A stretch of DNA of 63,082 bases, filler included, from Conidiobolus incongruus B7586 (taxonomy: Eukaryota), in assembly GCA_000697335.1 (NCBI GenBank). It is 9 parts of 9 records of this genome, joined end to end, with 100 filler letters (N's around TTAATTAATTAA, not from the genome) between each part and the next. Parts side by side here need not be neighbours in the genome. Positions count along the whole stretch, not along the records: positions 1 to 14,323 come from JNEM01006590.1; 8 more parts are not named here. One strand, written 5' to 3'. The notes under the pieces are model-generated. The model was given only the letters and a program-made list of their open reading frames with translations, was not told the origin of the DNA and did no database searches. Each line of letters opens with the position of its first letter. Positions within the stretch are counted from its first letter, which is position 1. Both the position numbers and the translations under genes were made by a program. This document shows positions 1 through 14,323 of this stretch, one piece after another.

Positions 1-274
1 GCTTAATAATATTAAATTTTATAATCAGTTAATTGAGAATATAAATACTATTAAGATATTAATATTAACTAAAAGCTTAAATTGAATAATTATTGCCAAG
101 ATAAATTAATTAAATAATATTAATAATATTATTCAAAATATTCAATCAAAACTTTCTCTATTTATAGAATTTTTAAAAAAATATATATTTAAAAACAGAT
201 AAATATAAAAATATATAGATTATTATTATAATATATAAAAATTAATGGAAAATTGCAATAAAAAAATATATTAT

Positions 275-3200
275 TTAAAATGGTATTACTTCAATTTCAG
301 AATGGATACAAGAATTAAAGATTAAAATGAAATTTTTAATAATTGTTTTAATATTATAAACTTACCCGTTATCATGAATTTCAATAAAATGCTTAAAAAT
401 AGATGGATTTAAGATGACAGCAATTTTTAGATCTCTAGTAGTAATAATTAATCTCAACTTGATTTCTCAGTTTTTTGACTCAGTTATACTAAAAATAATC
501 ACTAATCATATAAATTTTGGAAAATATTGGTTGATTTACCTTTTTAAAATTTGTGCCAATGGATGAATATTATTAGAATTCATATTGTCGAATGGGCTCT
601 CTAAGAATAAAAATTGACATTCCACACTGAATGCTTTAGCCAAAACAAGTCGAATAGTTAATGTAATGATATTATCACCTGAACTTAAGTTTAACGATAT
701 ATTGAATTTATTATATTTTTTTACAAAATGATTTATAAAATTGATAATTACTTAATGTTTAAAAGATGGCTCTAGGATATCAGATAAATATTCAGCTTTA
801 ATAATTAAAGATTTAATATGTATAATAAAATTAATAAGAAATTATTTTACTAATACTTATTTTTATATACCTTTACGATATTAAATTTTAGACCATAACT
901 TAGAAATATTTTAATTTATTTCATCATATATGATTGTGTGATACTCTTTAGATAATCTATATATAATAGTTAGAAGAGTTACTAGATCACTAATTAACTT
1001 ACTAATTAGGATAAACATGATACAAATCTAAAACTTGATTCAATAATTTTATTTTCAATAAGAAATTATTAATATGATTTAAAATATAAAAATTAAGAAA
1101 AAACATCTTATTATAAGAATATTTTTGATTATCATATTTACCCAAATATTTATTATCAATAATAATTTGATCTTCACTTATAATAATGAATTCAAAAATT
1201 AAATAATGATATAATTTTGAAATTAAAATTAAACAAATAAAATAAAAAAATAATATTTAAAAATTAATAAATAATATAAAATTAATAGCCTCTTTAATTA
1301 TTAATATATCTTTTTTAAATTTTTAATAAGCTTCTAATATTTAAAAAATAGCTTTTAATATTAAAAATTGAAATTTAATATTTCACAAACTAATTTAATT
1401 TATTTATAGTAATTTTTTTATAAGATATTTTTTTTAATTATTTAAAATATTTATAATTATATGGGTTATAATTAAGTGAATATACTAGATATAGTAACTT
1501 TTTTTATATAAAAAATTTTTTATAGTTTTAAATATATATATTTTAAAATTATGATATAAAATAATAAATGTTTTCAATTTATATTAAGAACACTATTTAA
1601 AAATTCTTTTATTTAAAAAATATAATATATAATTTATTATTGATTGATTTTCCTTAAGGTATTAAATAAAAAAAATACTATTATAATCTATTATAACAAT
1701 TAATATTCACTTATATTTAAAATATTTATCTATTAGAATTTATACAAAGGATTGATTTAACTTAACCTAATATCTTATTTTATTTATAAATATAAAATTA
1801 TATAAACAGATTTAAAATTTATTAATTATAAGTATTTATTATAAAAACCATTGTTTTTAGTTATATCTTAATAAGTTTAGTTTAGTTATAGCTATTATAA
1901 TTTTTTTAGGCTTTTGTTAAATTATAAGATATTTATTTTATATTTTTATTAATTAATTTAAGTTTAAACTTAAATATATATAACATACTTATATAATTAA
2001 TATTAAATTGCTTTAATAGTTCTTTAATAGAAATAAGATGGTATTTCTTAATATATTTTCTTATTTTATTAATAAGTAAAAGAATAAAAATAGAAATTAA
2101 TCTTTTAAATTTTAGAAAATTTTAAATAATATCCTTTTTAGCTTTAAAATCATAAATCTAACAATATATGATAATTTTAAATAAAAAACTATCTTTATAA
2201 ATTGTTTGTAAGTTTTAAAAAATATTAAATGATTTATGGTTAAGTTTTAAAAATATAAAAATAAAAGCCTTTTGATAATCACTATTTAGTTTAAATATAA
2301 TTAAATTTAAATATAAATTTTAAATTCAATATATTTTAATAAAACAAATAATTAAAATTGAATATATATAGTCTGAAAATAAATATTTTCCTATATATTT
2401 TATATATAAAAAATCTTTCAAAACATATAATATGTTTGAAAGATCAGAAATTAAAAAATTTGCCATTTTTTAATTTCCATACTAATAAATCAATTTGAGT
2501 ATTTGAAACTTCATAAAAGTATTTGAAAATTAATTGAATATAAAAGTAATATTTAAATTGATTACCTCATACTCTAACGTATCATTTTTAGCATTTAATT
2601 GCATATTATCAAGTATGCTTTGCTTATGTGTGATCAGCCCTTTAAGACTTTGTTGTTTTTCATATAAGCCATCACATTAAATGATCTTCAAATAGTTATA
2701 CTTTGCCTTTCAAATAGATATTAATTTATCATTCACTTCAATCAATTGTGCAATAGTCATATCTGATCCTGACATCAATTGGGATAGAAGGCTTTGTGTA
2801 TTGTTATATTGATCAGAATATAATTTGATTTGATGTTTTATTTTCCATATATCATACCTATTTAATTAGTTAAATATAAATAATAATAATATAATAATGA
2901 ATAAATACTCTTTAATCTTTAAATTGAAATCTTCAATCCTTTGTTGGTATTGTTGATATGTATGCAGTTTATGAGATATTTTTTTAGGTCGCAATCATTA
3001 TCAGAGTCACTAGAACGAGCATTTATTTCCTATTTGTAATATAATGATAAGTATTAAATAATTATTATAAATATTTACTTACCTACTGATGGTTCAATTG
3101 ATTTTGACACTTCTCAACTTCGTTAGAAAGGGCTGATTCAATTGACATTCTCTGGGCTCCAGAATGATTTAATTGATCAAAACAAGATTCGACAAATTTA

Positions 3201-3768
3201 TTGCGCTCATTTTGCAAAGTTCGCACATCCTATATAAATTTAATAAAATGTATATATTCATATTAATAATAAATATACTTTTATACCTTCCAATCAAATT
3301 CAAATGCTTATTTTTTAATTAATTTTAGTTCCAGCTCTTTTTCAAGGTTAATTTTTAGCAATTCAATGTTGCTATCATTTATTAATTGAACCTGATCCTC
3401 GTAAATTTTCTCAAATTTATAAATTTTTCTAAATTTTCTGTATTTGCGAATCTGTTTGTATTAAATTATATTTAATGGAATCTCGCATTCTTGATAAATC
3501 TTTTCTATTAAATTTTCTAGGTTTTTCAATTTTCTATTAACTGATTTATTTCAGTTCTTAAAGAATCACAATTATTGATTAATGCTTGTAAATTTGCGCA
3601 ATCTTCAGTCAAAATCTTAATCTGTGTATCAATTTGATTAATTTCTTAATTCATTTCATCAATTTAAGTGGATAATAAACTGGAATCACTATCATCCTAA
3701 TTTAACAGTTAGTATTTTTTATTTTGATTTTATAAATATACAGTTTGTGAGGGATTAACAGCACTCAT
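275..3768 (-). pseudogene. Rad50-like pseudogene (coiled-coil exons plus C-terminal ABC-ATPase half), multi-exon, interrupted by a mariner insertion
   Basis: Minus-strand translation of 366-958 gives RLSKEYHTIIYDEIN*NISKLWSKI*YRKG...LSSGDNIITLTIRLVLAKAFSVECQFLFLESPFDNMNSNNIHPLAQILK...LRLIITTRD. This is colinear with the Rad50 C-terminus as recalled (KYHGLKMQDINRIIDELW...CSAGQKVLASIIIRLALAETF...IALDEPTTNLD...FQLIVITHD). Exons at 2567-3696 encode heptad-rich sequence bounded by GT/AG. There are multiple in-frame stops. The 5' end (ATG 3768) is tentative. Confidence 0.7.
1200..2487 (-). mobile_element. Highly degenerate mariner-family element copy
   Basis: 2447-2487 matches the reverse complement of the mariner 5' end at 41302. 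2230-2300 matches 62977-63050, and 1459-1495 matches the HPxYSxD region of other copies. The left boundary is approximate. Confidence 0.75.
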
Positions 3769-4355
3769 TATATGTTCCAGATTTTGTGCTTTAGTTTTTA
3801 ACTTTTTTTGATTTAATTTCAGTTTTGATAAGTTTTAATGATTTAAAAAAAACTAAAAAAAATCAATATTTAATTAATATATTATTCAATCTATAGTGAT
3901 ATTTTAATATAGGTACTTATAATTCAAATTGAAATTATTTACGTTATTTTTAACCGAAGATATATATGATAATAATGATTCTAGTAAAACTGTTTATATC
4001 CAAATTTAAGGCTTGATTTTACAGCTCTGTGACATATCACATGGTTTGAATCAATATTTTGTAATTTGAAATTCATTTCACCATTTACAGTATTATTGTT
4101 AATTAGCCAAAATGGAATGTAATTAATATATAATGATAAAAATATATATTATAATAAAATATACATCAATATCTTAATTCTTGTTTGCCATTTTGTAGAG
4201 TTTTTCCAATAGTAACAAATTTTAATCATTGAATAACAGTCTAATCAATATATAAAATATAAATATTATATAACTTAAATAATAATAATAATAAATTTAA
4301 TAATTTTAATAAAAATTTAAAAAAAATCATATCAATGAAAAATAAATTGAAAGAA

Positions 4356-5434
4356 TTAAAGATGAGCTACAATTAAAGGTTCAACATCCTTAATTTCCTC
4401 TTTTGTAACGAATCTAACAATTCCATTTAGATTGTCATTCTCTACCAATTCTACCATGATTTGAGCAATGTAGTCAGGTTCCATCATACCCAAAGTTTCT
4501 TCAATTTTGGAAGTTTGGTCTCCTTCTTCTGTGATAAGAATACCTGTGCCTATTTGAAATAAAGTGTAAGACATGAAAGGGAATTCATAGCTAATATATT
4601 TTACGTGTGAAACCAGGTCCAATTCCATTAATTCTGACATTAGGCCATTCCAGCTGAGATAAGATTCTAGTACAGTCCATAACCTAGTAAAATATTAGAA
4701 TCCATTTCAATTTCTATAAAATGCTCATTACTGATCGTTTACACAACGAGTAAATTGGGAATTTGGAAACTGGAATTTGAGCTGACAGGGACGATGTATT
4801 GATAATACAAAATTGTTTGTCGGGATTGGATTTCAATTGCTCTTGGAAGTGGATATTAGCTAATATGCAGCCTTGGACCACCGATGTAAATAATATATTG
4901 AGAATATTGGTTGTACACTCTACCAAATTTTTGATTAAATAAATTGTAAAATTAAAATCGAGTATGGTTACCAGCACTCTCCAACGTATTCGCAGGTTCA
5001 TTTCTACCTGCATTATTAAACACAATCTAAAATAATTTCAATATATATCATGAATTAAATTACCTAAAACTTTTTTATTTACCTGAGCACCACCAAATTT
5101 CTCAGTAGCAACTTTAAATAAATTTTTGAGATCTTCCAATTTAGTTACATCACATTTCACATATACTGTATTTAATCCAGTTCTAAATATTAAATTATTG
5201 AGCTAATATTCTATTATAAGAGTTTTTACAATTACTTGTTGAGTTCTTCAACCAGTTTCAACCCTTCAGACTCGTTAATATCGCCAATAATTACTCTGCC
5301 ACTTTAAGATATTAGAATTAATTGTTAAAAATTTAGATGATGACTTACCCTTTTGCGACAATTAGTCGTGCTACTTCTCTACCGATACCTGATGCACCTC
5401 CAGTAACTATTGAGCAAGTGTTTTGAACTTTCAT
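4356..5434 (-). CDS. Classical short-chain dehydrogenase/reductase (15-hydroxyprostaglandin dehydrogenase-like), 7 exons, intact (copy A)
   Basis: Spliced product MKVQNTCSIVTGGASGIG...KCDVT...VFNNAG...IINTSS...IYSLCKR...NVRINGIGPGFT...PLIVAHL*. It has TGxxxGIG, NNAG and YxxxK motifs and six short GT-AG introns. Confidence 0.9.
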
Positions 5435-7463
5435 TTTTAATAACTTTATTTTAAGATTGAAAGCATTACCCACTTATATATACATCAGTTAATTTAACTG
5501 AAACCTATTTTTTTCTGGATAATCACGATTGGTTTCTCATTTGCATTTTTGACATCATTTTATATATATTACACCCAAATTAAATCAAATTTATTAAAAT
5601 TTAAATAATTTTACAATAAAATTGATAATATTTTTATACTAATTATTATAAATTATTTAAATTTAATCAAAGTTAATATTTATATAATTATTATTAACTA
5701 TTATATCTTTTAAATTTCAATATCCAATATGAAAAAAATTATTTTAATTTGAAAGGATTAAATTGAATGCTAAGAATTTTAACTGTATTTTAAACCGTAA
5801 ATTTAATTAATCAAATATAAGTCTATTTAATTAATTAATTTTCGGGATTTTTAATTTTTATCTATTATGTCAGAGTAACTATATTAACAAACATCTCATT
5901 ATTTAATTTTTATTAATCTCACAGTTTGATTTTATTAAAATTCTATACTATTTATAATTATCATTAACTAATTCAATTTTTCTGAAGTTAAAATAAAGTA
6001 TAAATGCAATAATATAAATTAATTTTAAATTACTTTTAATATGATGAAATATCCCTATTGATAATTCGTTATATTGTATGAATATCTGGGACTTTTAAAC
6101 ACATGATTCAAATCAAACCTTATTGCATAATTATACAATATTATTTTTTTCAAATGGTACGATGATATTAAAGAACTTTTATTCAACACGGAAAAAGTTT
6201 GATTTTTTCATACTTGAATAATTGTCAAATTAGAATTATAGCTGAATAAATTCCAACTATAACTAGATTATAGTCTGATATATTATCAATTTATTTAGAA
6301 TTAAATAGCACCTACTTTATGATCATGTCCTTTATTGATAAATATTAATAACTATAATTTAGTAATTATATTTAATTTATATAAAAATTTGAAATCAATT
6401 AGAAAAAGATATAAATATTTAATAATTGAATAGAAAGTAGAGTTTATATATATAAACATATTGAAAAATAATATTGATATAAAAAATTCATAACCAATCT
6501 TAACAACTAATCGATTTCTAAATATATCCATTAACAAAATCAAAATTCATTTTATATGATAATTAATATAAAATACATAGATTATTTCAAGGACTAAAAT
6601 CATTAAAAAATAAATAGAATGATAATATATAATTATCATTCATGATATCAACTTTGGTTATTATAATGTTAGAAAAAATCAATCAAATATATAATATAAC
6701 ATTTAAAATATAAATTATAGCTTTTTAATTAATTTTTAAAAATTTTGAATCTTATGATAATTATTCCAAATTCAATTAAACTATAAAACATTTCTATTTA
6801 TCAATTTATAATAGATATATTTAAATAGTATTATATTAATATTTTTCAATTTAAAGTTCAAATCTACTTAAGGTAGAATTCAATTCCAACTAATAAAAAT
6901 ACTGTGATAAATTAAGTAGATTGGTAAGTTTAAGATATAATAGGTATTCAATTAATATATAATGTTAAAACATATCAATATCATTATTTATATTAATACT
7001 TCAAGAACTTAATAATTTTTTTATTGAATGAAGTATCAATTAATATCCATATTGAAATTAACTATAAATTATTAAATATTGATTTTTAAAGTTAATAATA
7101 AAAAAATTTTCTAATACTTATAAATAACTTTATTTATATATTGAATAGACTTTAACTGTGTTGAAATTAATTTAGTTTAATTTATGATACAATTTATATA
7201 ATATTGTTAGCTTTATCTAATAAATCTATTTTATATTTGTAATATTATATTAAAAACTATCATTGGTATATTAAATAGTATCAATTGAATTTTTTTTATT
7301 TAATTCCAAAATATTAGTATTATTCTTATTTTAATTTTTTAATAAATTAAATTAGGTGAATTATTAAAATGAAAAAAAAAATTAAATTTTAATTAAATAT
7401 TAAAGTATAAATATAATTCTTATTTATTATATTTAATTGATTTGAAAAAACTTATAGAAATTT

Positions 7464-8417
7464 ATGAAAATTCAAGGTACTTGCTCATTTGTTGCAGGTA
7501 CTGCATCAGGAATTGGCCGCGAACTAGCTAAATTATTAATATCTAAATAGTAATTTATCCGATCTACAATATTAACAATTGTTAGTGGTAAAGTAGTTGG
7601 TGATATCCAATATTAACAGAATTTAGATCTGGCAATAATGCAATCTTCCCAAAATGCAACATAAGTAAATTGGATCATATTAAAAATTTATTCTAGCTAT
7701 ATTCTCGAGAATTTGGAGGGATTCAAGTAATTTCATAATGATTCATTGAGATTGGTTGGTTGATTGATTGGAGTGATTAGATTTTGATTAATAATGCTGG
7801 TAGGAATGAACTTGGGGATACTCTTACATCATCAGATAAATTATCTCTCATCATATTTTAAATTTCGTAGTGATATCGGATTAGAAAAAGCTACCAATTT
7901 ACTCAATATTCTACTTACATCAGTCCTACAGAGTTATGTTTCAGCCAATTTACGCTTCCAACTTCAATTGAAATCTGATCCAAATAGACAATTCTGTATT
8001 GTGAATACTGGTTCTATAGTGAGTGAGGAGCCTTTGCAACATATGCCGGTGTACACTCTTACAAAGCGATTAGTCATCCTAATCATTTTAATAGATGCCA
8101 ATGTGTTAATTTTGGATTAGATCAAAAATTTGACACTATCACTATCACAGCAGGGTTGACAAAATGTCCGAATTAATGGAATAGCACCAGGCTATACAAG
8201 TAATTTGCATATCTCAATATCATTCCTTTTACTTATACCATTGTTAAGTACTAATATCCTCACAACCAAAGCAGGTGACCGACCTGGCATTATTCGAAAA
8301 GTTTATGGGAAATTACTTATACAGTATATGGCTAATAAAATGGTGGAATTGGTTGAAGACAATAGTTTAAATGGAATTGTACGTTATATAAACCCTACTG
8401 GAATTCACAATTATTAA
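7464..8417 (+). pseudogene. SDR paralog, pseudogene (copy B)
   Basis: MKIQGTCSFVAGTASGIG, LINNAG, VYTLTKR and NVRINGIAPGYT are present at the intron positions of copy A. Exon 2 is truncated and exon 3 has an in-frame TAG (KNLF*LYSREFGG). Confidence 0.8.
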
Positions 8418-9411
8418 CTAATGAAGTTTAAGAAATTTGAATGATTTTTATAATGAAATAATGACTAAATGACTAGAGTTATTGAAATCCTTATTCAACT
8501 GAGTTTTGATTGAATTATTTATATTGTTAAATAATCAAGGAAAAATAATTGAGTTTATTTTAATGCAACTATACATATGGTGAATTACTCAAAACAGCCT
8601 CCCAGGTTCAATCTATCATAAACTAACAGTATTTAGTAAAAAAGAATAATATCAGAGTTCATTTCAATATTATCAATAATCCAAATCAATGAATTAAATA
8701 TTACAATATAATTGAATCAAAAATTAATACTCATTTCAATATTGAGAACAAACCAAATAATTTGAATTGTGATGGGAAATAATTTTGTCAATCACTCAAG
8801 AAACTACGATTACTGCACTGAATCAAGAAGTCACATTGGAGAACACCCATTTCCTGAACTGTGTGGTTGTGTTCCTTTCCGTCACTGAGTTATTCATATC
8901 CATAAAAATCAACAATGAAAGCTAATACAAAATCATCATTAACGAACTAATAAACTTATCTCTTTTTTCTCCATTCAAAATTGTCCAGACTCTAAGTTTT
9001 TCTTGTGACCCTCACAAAAGCGTTGAGTCGTGATGAGCGTGAGATATTTATTTTACACGAAAAACCGAATTTACACTAAGTAATTTTCACCTAATTTGGT
9101 GAACTCCATTAATTTGCCTTAACTCTGTGGTAACCAATTGTTTTCCACTGGCGATTCCTCGTTTAAGCACTAAAAGCCTATTTCCTCCCACAATTATCGT
9201 CGTCAATTGATAAGTTTTTTATTATATAATATTGAAATATATTCAACTTGTTTAAAAAGATCGTTTTTATTTGGTATTGTTCTTTGAAAAGTTTGAATAA
9301 AATTATCAATAACAAAATAGAAATATACGTTGAATAAAATGAATCAAATACAGATAAAATTTTATAAAAACTTTAATAACATCACTATTAAAAAATATTG
9401 ACTTATCATGT

Positions 9412-10482
9412 TTACATCTTAGACACATTCAAAGGTTCATAATCCTTAATCTTCTTAGGTGTAACAAATCTGACAATTCCGTTCAACTTGTCATTCTCTA
9501 CCAATTCCACCATGAGTTTTGCAATGTAGTCAGGCTCCATCAGTCCCAATGTGGATTCGATAACTTCAGTGCTGTCTTCACCGTGTTCGCTGATGAGGAT
9601 TTTGGTACCTATTAGAATAATTATTAGTTATTGATATCAATAAATTCATTATAATTCATTACGCGTGAAGCCTGGACCAATTGCATTAACTCTGACATTG
9701 GGCCATTCGAGTTGAGATAAGATCCTAGTACAGTCCATAACCTGATACCATTTATAAGTACTCAATCAACAAAACAATTCAAAACTTACAGCTCTTTTAC
9801 TTAAACTATAAATGGGGAAACTAGCCACTGGAAATATAGCACTCAATGAAGAAGTATTCACAATACAGAACTGTCTATCTGGATGTTTCTCCAACTGCTT
9901 TTGGAAGTGTTCATTTGCTAAAATACATCCCTGCACAACCGATGTGAATAGGAGGTTTATAATTTCTGTAGCTTTATCTATCATCATATATGATATTAAA
10001 CTTATAATCAAGTCAAGTTATTGATATGTGTTACCCGCATTGCGTATAGGCTCACCATATTCGTTCCTACCTGCGTTGTTAAATATAATCTAAATACAAT
10101 TAAAACCTTATATAAATCCAATAATATTAGAATTACTTGAACTCCTCCAAATTTCTCATTCCCAACTTTAAATAAGTTTTCAATTTCTCCTAACTTTAAG
10201 ACATTACATTTGACGAATATTGCGTTATTGCCAGTTCTAGAGAAAGTTAATACTGATATGGAATAATTGGGTAAATGTATTACTTGTTCAACTCTTCAAC
10301 GAATTGTTTGCCACTAGTCTCGTCAATATCTCCTACTACAACTTTACCACTAAATGAAATTAGTATAAACAATTTGAAAGGAAAAGAGTTTTTTACCCTT
10401 TTGAAACTAGTAGTTTGGCTACTTCTTTACCAATTCCCGAAGCGCCTCCTGTAACGATTGAGCAAGTACCTTGAATTTTCAT
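9412..10482 (-). CDS. Classical SDR (15-PGDH-like), 7 exons, intact (copy C)
   Basis: MKIQGTCSIVTGGASGIG...IFNNAG...IVNTSS...IYSLSKR...NVRVNAIGPGFT...EPLNVSKM*. Intron positions are the same as in copy A. Confidence 0.9.
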
Positions 10483-11829
10483 CACTTGTATATTTTTCTT
10501 TTTTTTCAATTTAGAAAATTTTGAATTAATAAAAAGATAATATAAATAAATTTAGTGACTTGTACTAAATTTATATACATAAAAAAATTTAATAATTTAA
10601 AAATCACATGTTTTAAAATTATTAATTAAATTTCATCAAATAAAATTAATGTATTTTATATATTTTAATTTGAAAAAAAAATAGTGAGATTTTTAAATAA
10701 AAAATTTTTTTTCAATATAATTATAATTAAATTTTATAAATTAATAAAAATTAAATAAAAAATAATGTAATATTATTATATTAAAATATTATAATTAACA
10801 TTATTTTAAAAATTAATCGAATTAAATTTTAAAATATTTTAAATTGATATAAAAACCTATTAGAATTATTATTGATGAATAATAAGTTTTAATTAATATA
10901 GATTTTAAAAAAGTGGAATTAATATTTAAATAAAATTAACCAATAAAGAAACAATAAATTTTCAAAAAAAATCTTTCGAAAATGAATAATATTGAGGTTT
11001 AATAAAAGGAAAATATCATATTATGATAGTTTTTAATATGATTCAAACATGTGACAATGGAGTTATTATTACCACGCTCTAACTAACTTAGCTATGGGAG
11101 TTTATTTATGCTTAATATTCTGTAATTTATAGAATTAAATTTGCTATTAGTATTATTTCAATTATATTTTAACTTATTGAAAACCTTAATACAATATATA
11201 TAGTTTTTGGTCCATTTCTATTGTTATATATTATTAATTTTAATCAATATAAATAATTCTATTAAAATTTTGATTTGAATTATTAAAAAATTTTTTATTT
11301 TAGTATAAATATTTTTGACAAGGTGTTGAATTTAAAATTTTCACAATTATTCAAATATTTAATAATAATAATAGTTGAGTCATTTAAAATTTAATATTGT
11401 ATGTATTTGTCAGGAATACTTTAGCACCAAGGACTTGTGATATTCTAGAAATCCCCTATTATAAGCCACCTTCTACTATGTTCAAAATATTTAAACCACT
11501 TGACTTTCTTGAATATACACCCCCCCCCTACTCTCTTAACTTTACTTTTTTATATTTTATTAATCTTTTTGGCTCTTTGCCTAAAGTTATGTACCCTTTT
11601 AAGGGATTCCTTCTAATGGGTGAGTTTGACCACCTATTTTATATTTATTTGTGTTAATGATTAATCAAATCATTAACACAAATATAAATTATATGAGAAT
11701 CTTGCTCAAAGTTTTATAATGTTATAAATATATACATATATATTAAATTCATTAATTTAATTCATTCTTAAATTTTATCAATTATTTAATCTCATTAATT
11801 AATTTGTTGAATTTCAACTATTAAACATA

Positions 11830-12878
11830 TTTAATCCTAATGGGATAAACAGATAGCTCTAATCAACCTATTATACTCAATTAATTAATTAATTAATTTT
11901 CCTGCACCATGTTATCAGACTTCACTAATTTTAATATTTTTGTCAATAAATTCTTTAAGGTCTTTATTAATAACTAGAATTTTAATACTCAGCTTTTAAT
12001 TTTTATAATCATTGGTGATTAGATAAATAGGGAATAATCTACTTATGAAGGCTGGACCAGTCGCATTAATTCTAATATTGGCTATTAGAGTTGGAAGAAG
12101 ATTCTTGTAATGTCTATAACCTAAAATTTTTAATAATTAACCTCAAATAATTATATGAAAACAGTATTACCCATCTTTTCCACAACAATGAATAAAGATT
12201 TTGGCAAATTAATATTCTTGGGAGATTGATGATGTATTAATTATATAGAATCGCTTATTCAAGTCAGTTTCCAAATGGCATTGGATTTATTAACTAAAAA
12301 ATATTCTTGAACTACAGATGCAAAAAACGCATTAAATTACTCGCTTCAGTATCTAATAATTATTAATTATATACTGATATTCAATTTGACTCAAAATATT
12401 AAGGTTAACTATATTATCAAAAATATATGAAGCTTCATTCCTGCGAGCATTATTGAATACAATCTGATAATAGTTTAGAATATATTATACGTTGAGAATA
12501 ATGTATTTACCTAAGCTCCTCTGAATTTCAAATGAGTTAATTGGAATAAATATTTTTGGTTTCTAAGGTCCTGACATCACATATCACAGCTAAAACATTC
12601 TCTTTCAGTCAAATTAAATTCAAATTTAAAAATTATTATTTCTGTTAAAGCTATGAGATTAAATACTTATTCAGTTTATTTCCATCTCCAAACCACCGAC
12701 TCAGTCGAAATCGCCAATGATAACTTTCCTACAAGATATCAATAATTAATCCAAGATTCATAACAAATATCAATTTAATATTGTTCAAAATTACCCTCTA
12801 GAAACTAATAATGACAATTTTCCTACCAATTCCTCATCATCTTGCAATAGTTATTGAGTAATTGTCTTCAGTCTTCAT
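11830..12878 (-). pseudogene. SDR paralog, heavily decayed pseudogene (copy D)
   Basis: Remnants GIGRK, KVIIGDFD, VFNNA and NIRINATGPAF occur in order with shared splice sites. There are stops and frameshifts in exon 1. The 3' end is approximate. Confidence 0.75.
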
Positions 12879-14323
12879 TTTTTAATTTTGAATTTCAAAC
12901 TTAATATTTTTACCAGGCAGGTCTAACTGTAGTTTTTTGCAGATTTTTGGATATTCAAATTATAAAAAACGTATTAAAATCCAAATTGATATTATTTTAA
13001 TTATTTTATAAATTTAATATATTAATTTTTATATAAAAAATATCTTAAAATTATTATTAATTAGTTTTAGTTATTTTGATTATCAACTCCTTGTGGTATC
13101 CAAAAGAAATTAATTAATTTTAATAAAATTATTAATATCACTCTTGAACACTTTGATTTTATCAAATCTAGTTTAATAGATTAATTAAAGCATCATAGTA
13201 TAAAACCAGAACACAATCAAATGCTAATGAACATAAATCTATTAACTACATACACTCAAGTCATATCAACTTCAGGATTTATAATTATATGGATTTTCCA
13301 ACTTATTCTGTTTTGATTACTTTTAGTTGTTTTTATTTTTGATATAAAACCAAAATATAAGCAAGAAAATCTAAACTTTAACTTCATATAATTCATCTAT
13401 TTAAATATATATTTAAAATATATTTTTTACTTTATCACCAATCTTATAAGCATTAAATTTTATAATTTGAAAGAGTGAATAGTTCAACATAAAACATTTA
13501 GCGCTCTATTCTTTTCTGTTTTTTTAATCTTCCTTATTTATTTTTATGTTACTAAATTGCAATTAAGTTAAATTCTATTTTCAAAATTATAATCATATAT
13601 ATAAACTAAGCTTTTGGTTATACCACTCTTTCAATAATAATAAGAAATATAAGATAAAATAAATTCTTTAATAAAAATCTCATTTAATATTTAAATTTGT
13701 TATATTTCAATCAATCTGTTGGTTTTGATTTAATAGTTAAATGCATATTACCTCCCATTTATCGTGGATTTATTGGTCCAAAATCAAATGATATTCTTTG
13801 GTTCCTATCCAAATTCCATTTCACTTATTGAATGAATTATTTAAACCCAAAAATGATAAGGATAGAAAAAGATTCTACTTTTCTGGATATTCTGCTATAA
13901 TTTCTTAATAGTATGCAATTTTTATGGTATATAGTCCTAATAATTTAAAAAACAAGAATAATAAATAATCTATTAAATTATATTACAAGTATTTTTCTAA
14001 TAATAATTTTTTTAAAAAATTTATTATAAAATATATAAAATCTATATAAAATCTGATTATAATTTAAATTTTTTAAATAATAAAAATTTGAATATTTAAT
14101 ATTATTTATTTTTAAATATTATAAGTTATAATTTATAAATCAAACCCTAATATTTTGTTTTTGATTTATTATTTTAAATAGTTAAATTTAATATAGTTTA
14201 TAATATCTTAACCATATTTTCAATAATAAATATTAAATATTATATCTTTTTTATAAATTCAGTTAATTTCAATAATTATATTAAATTAATAATCCCTGTA
14301 ATTAAATTTTTAAATATAAAATT

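Noticed and set aside
8780..9210. GC-elevated, CpG-containing stretch with TGATGAGCGTGAG (snoRNA box-like)
   Set aside because: I could not establish a convincing box D, terminal stem or ORF. An Infernal/Rfam and BLASTX search would be needed.
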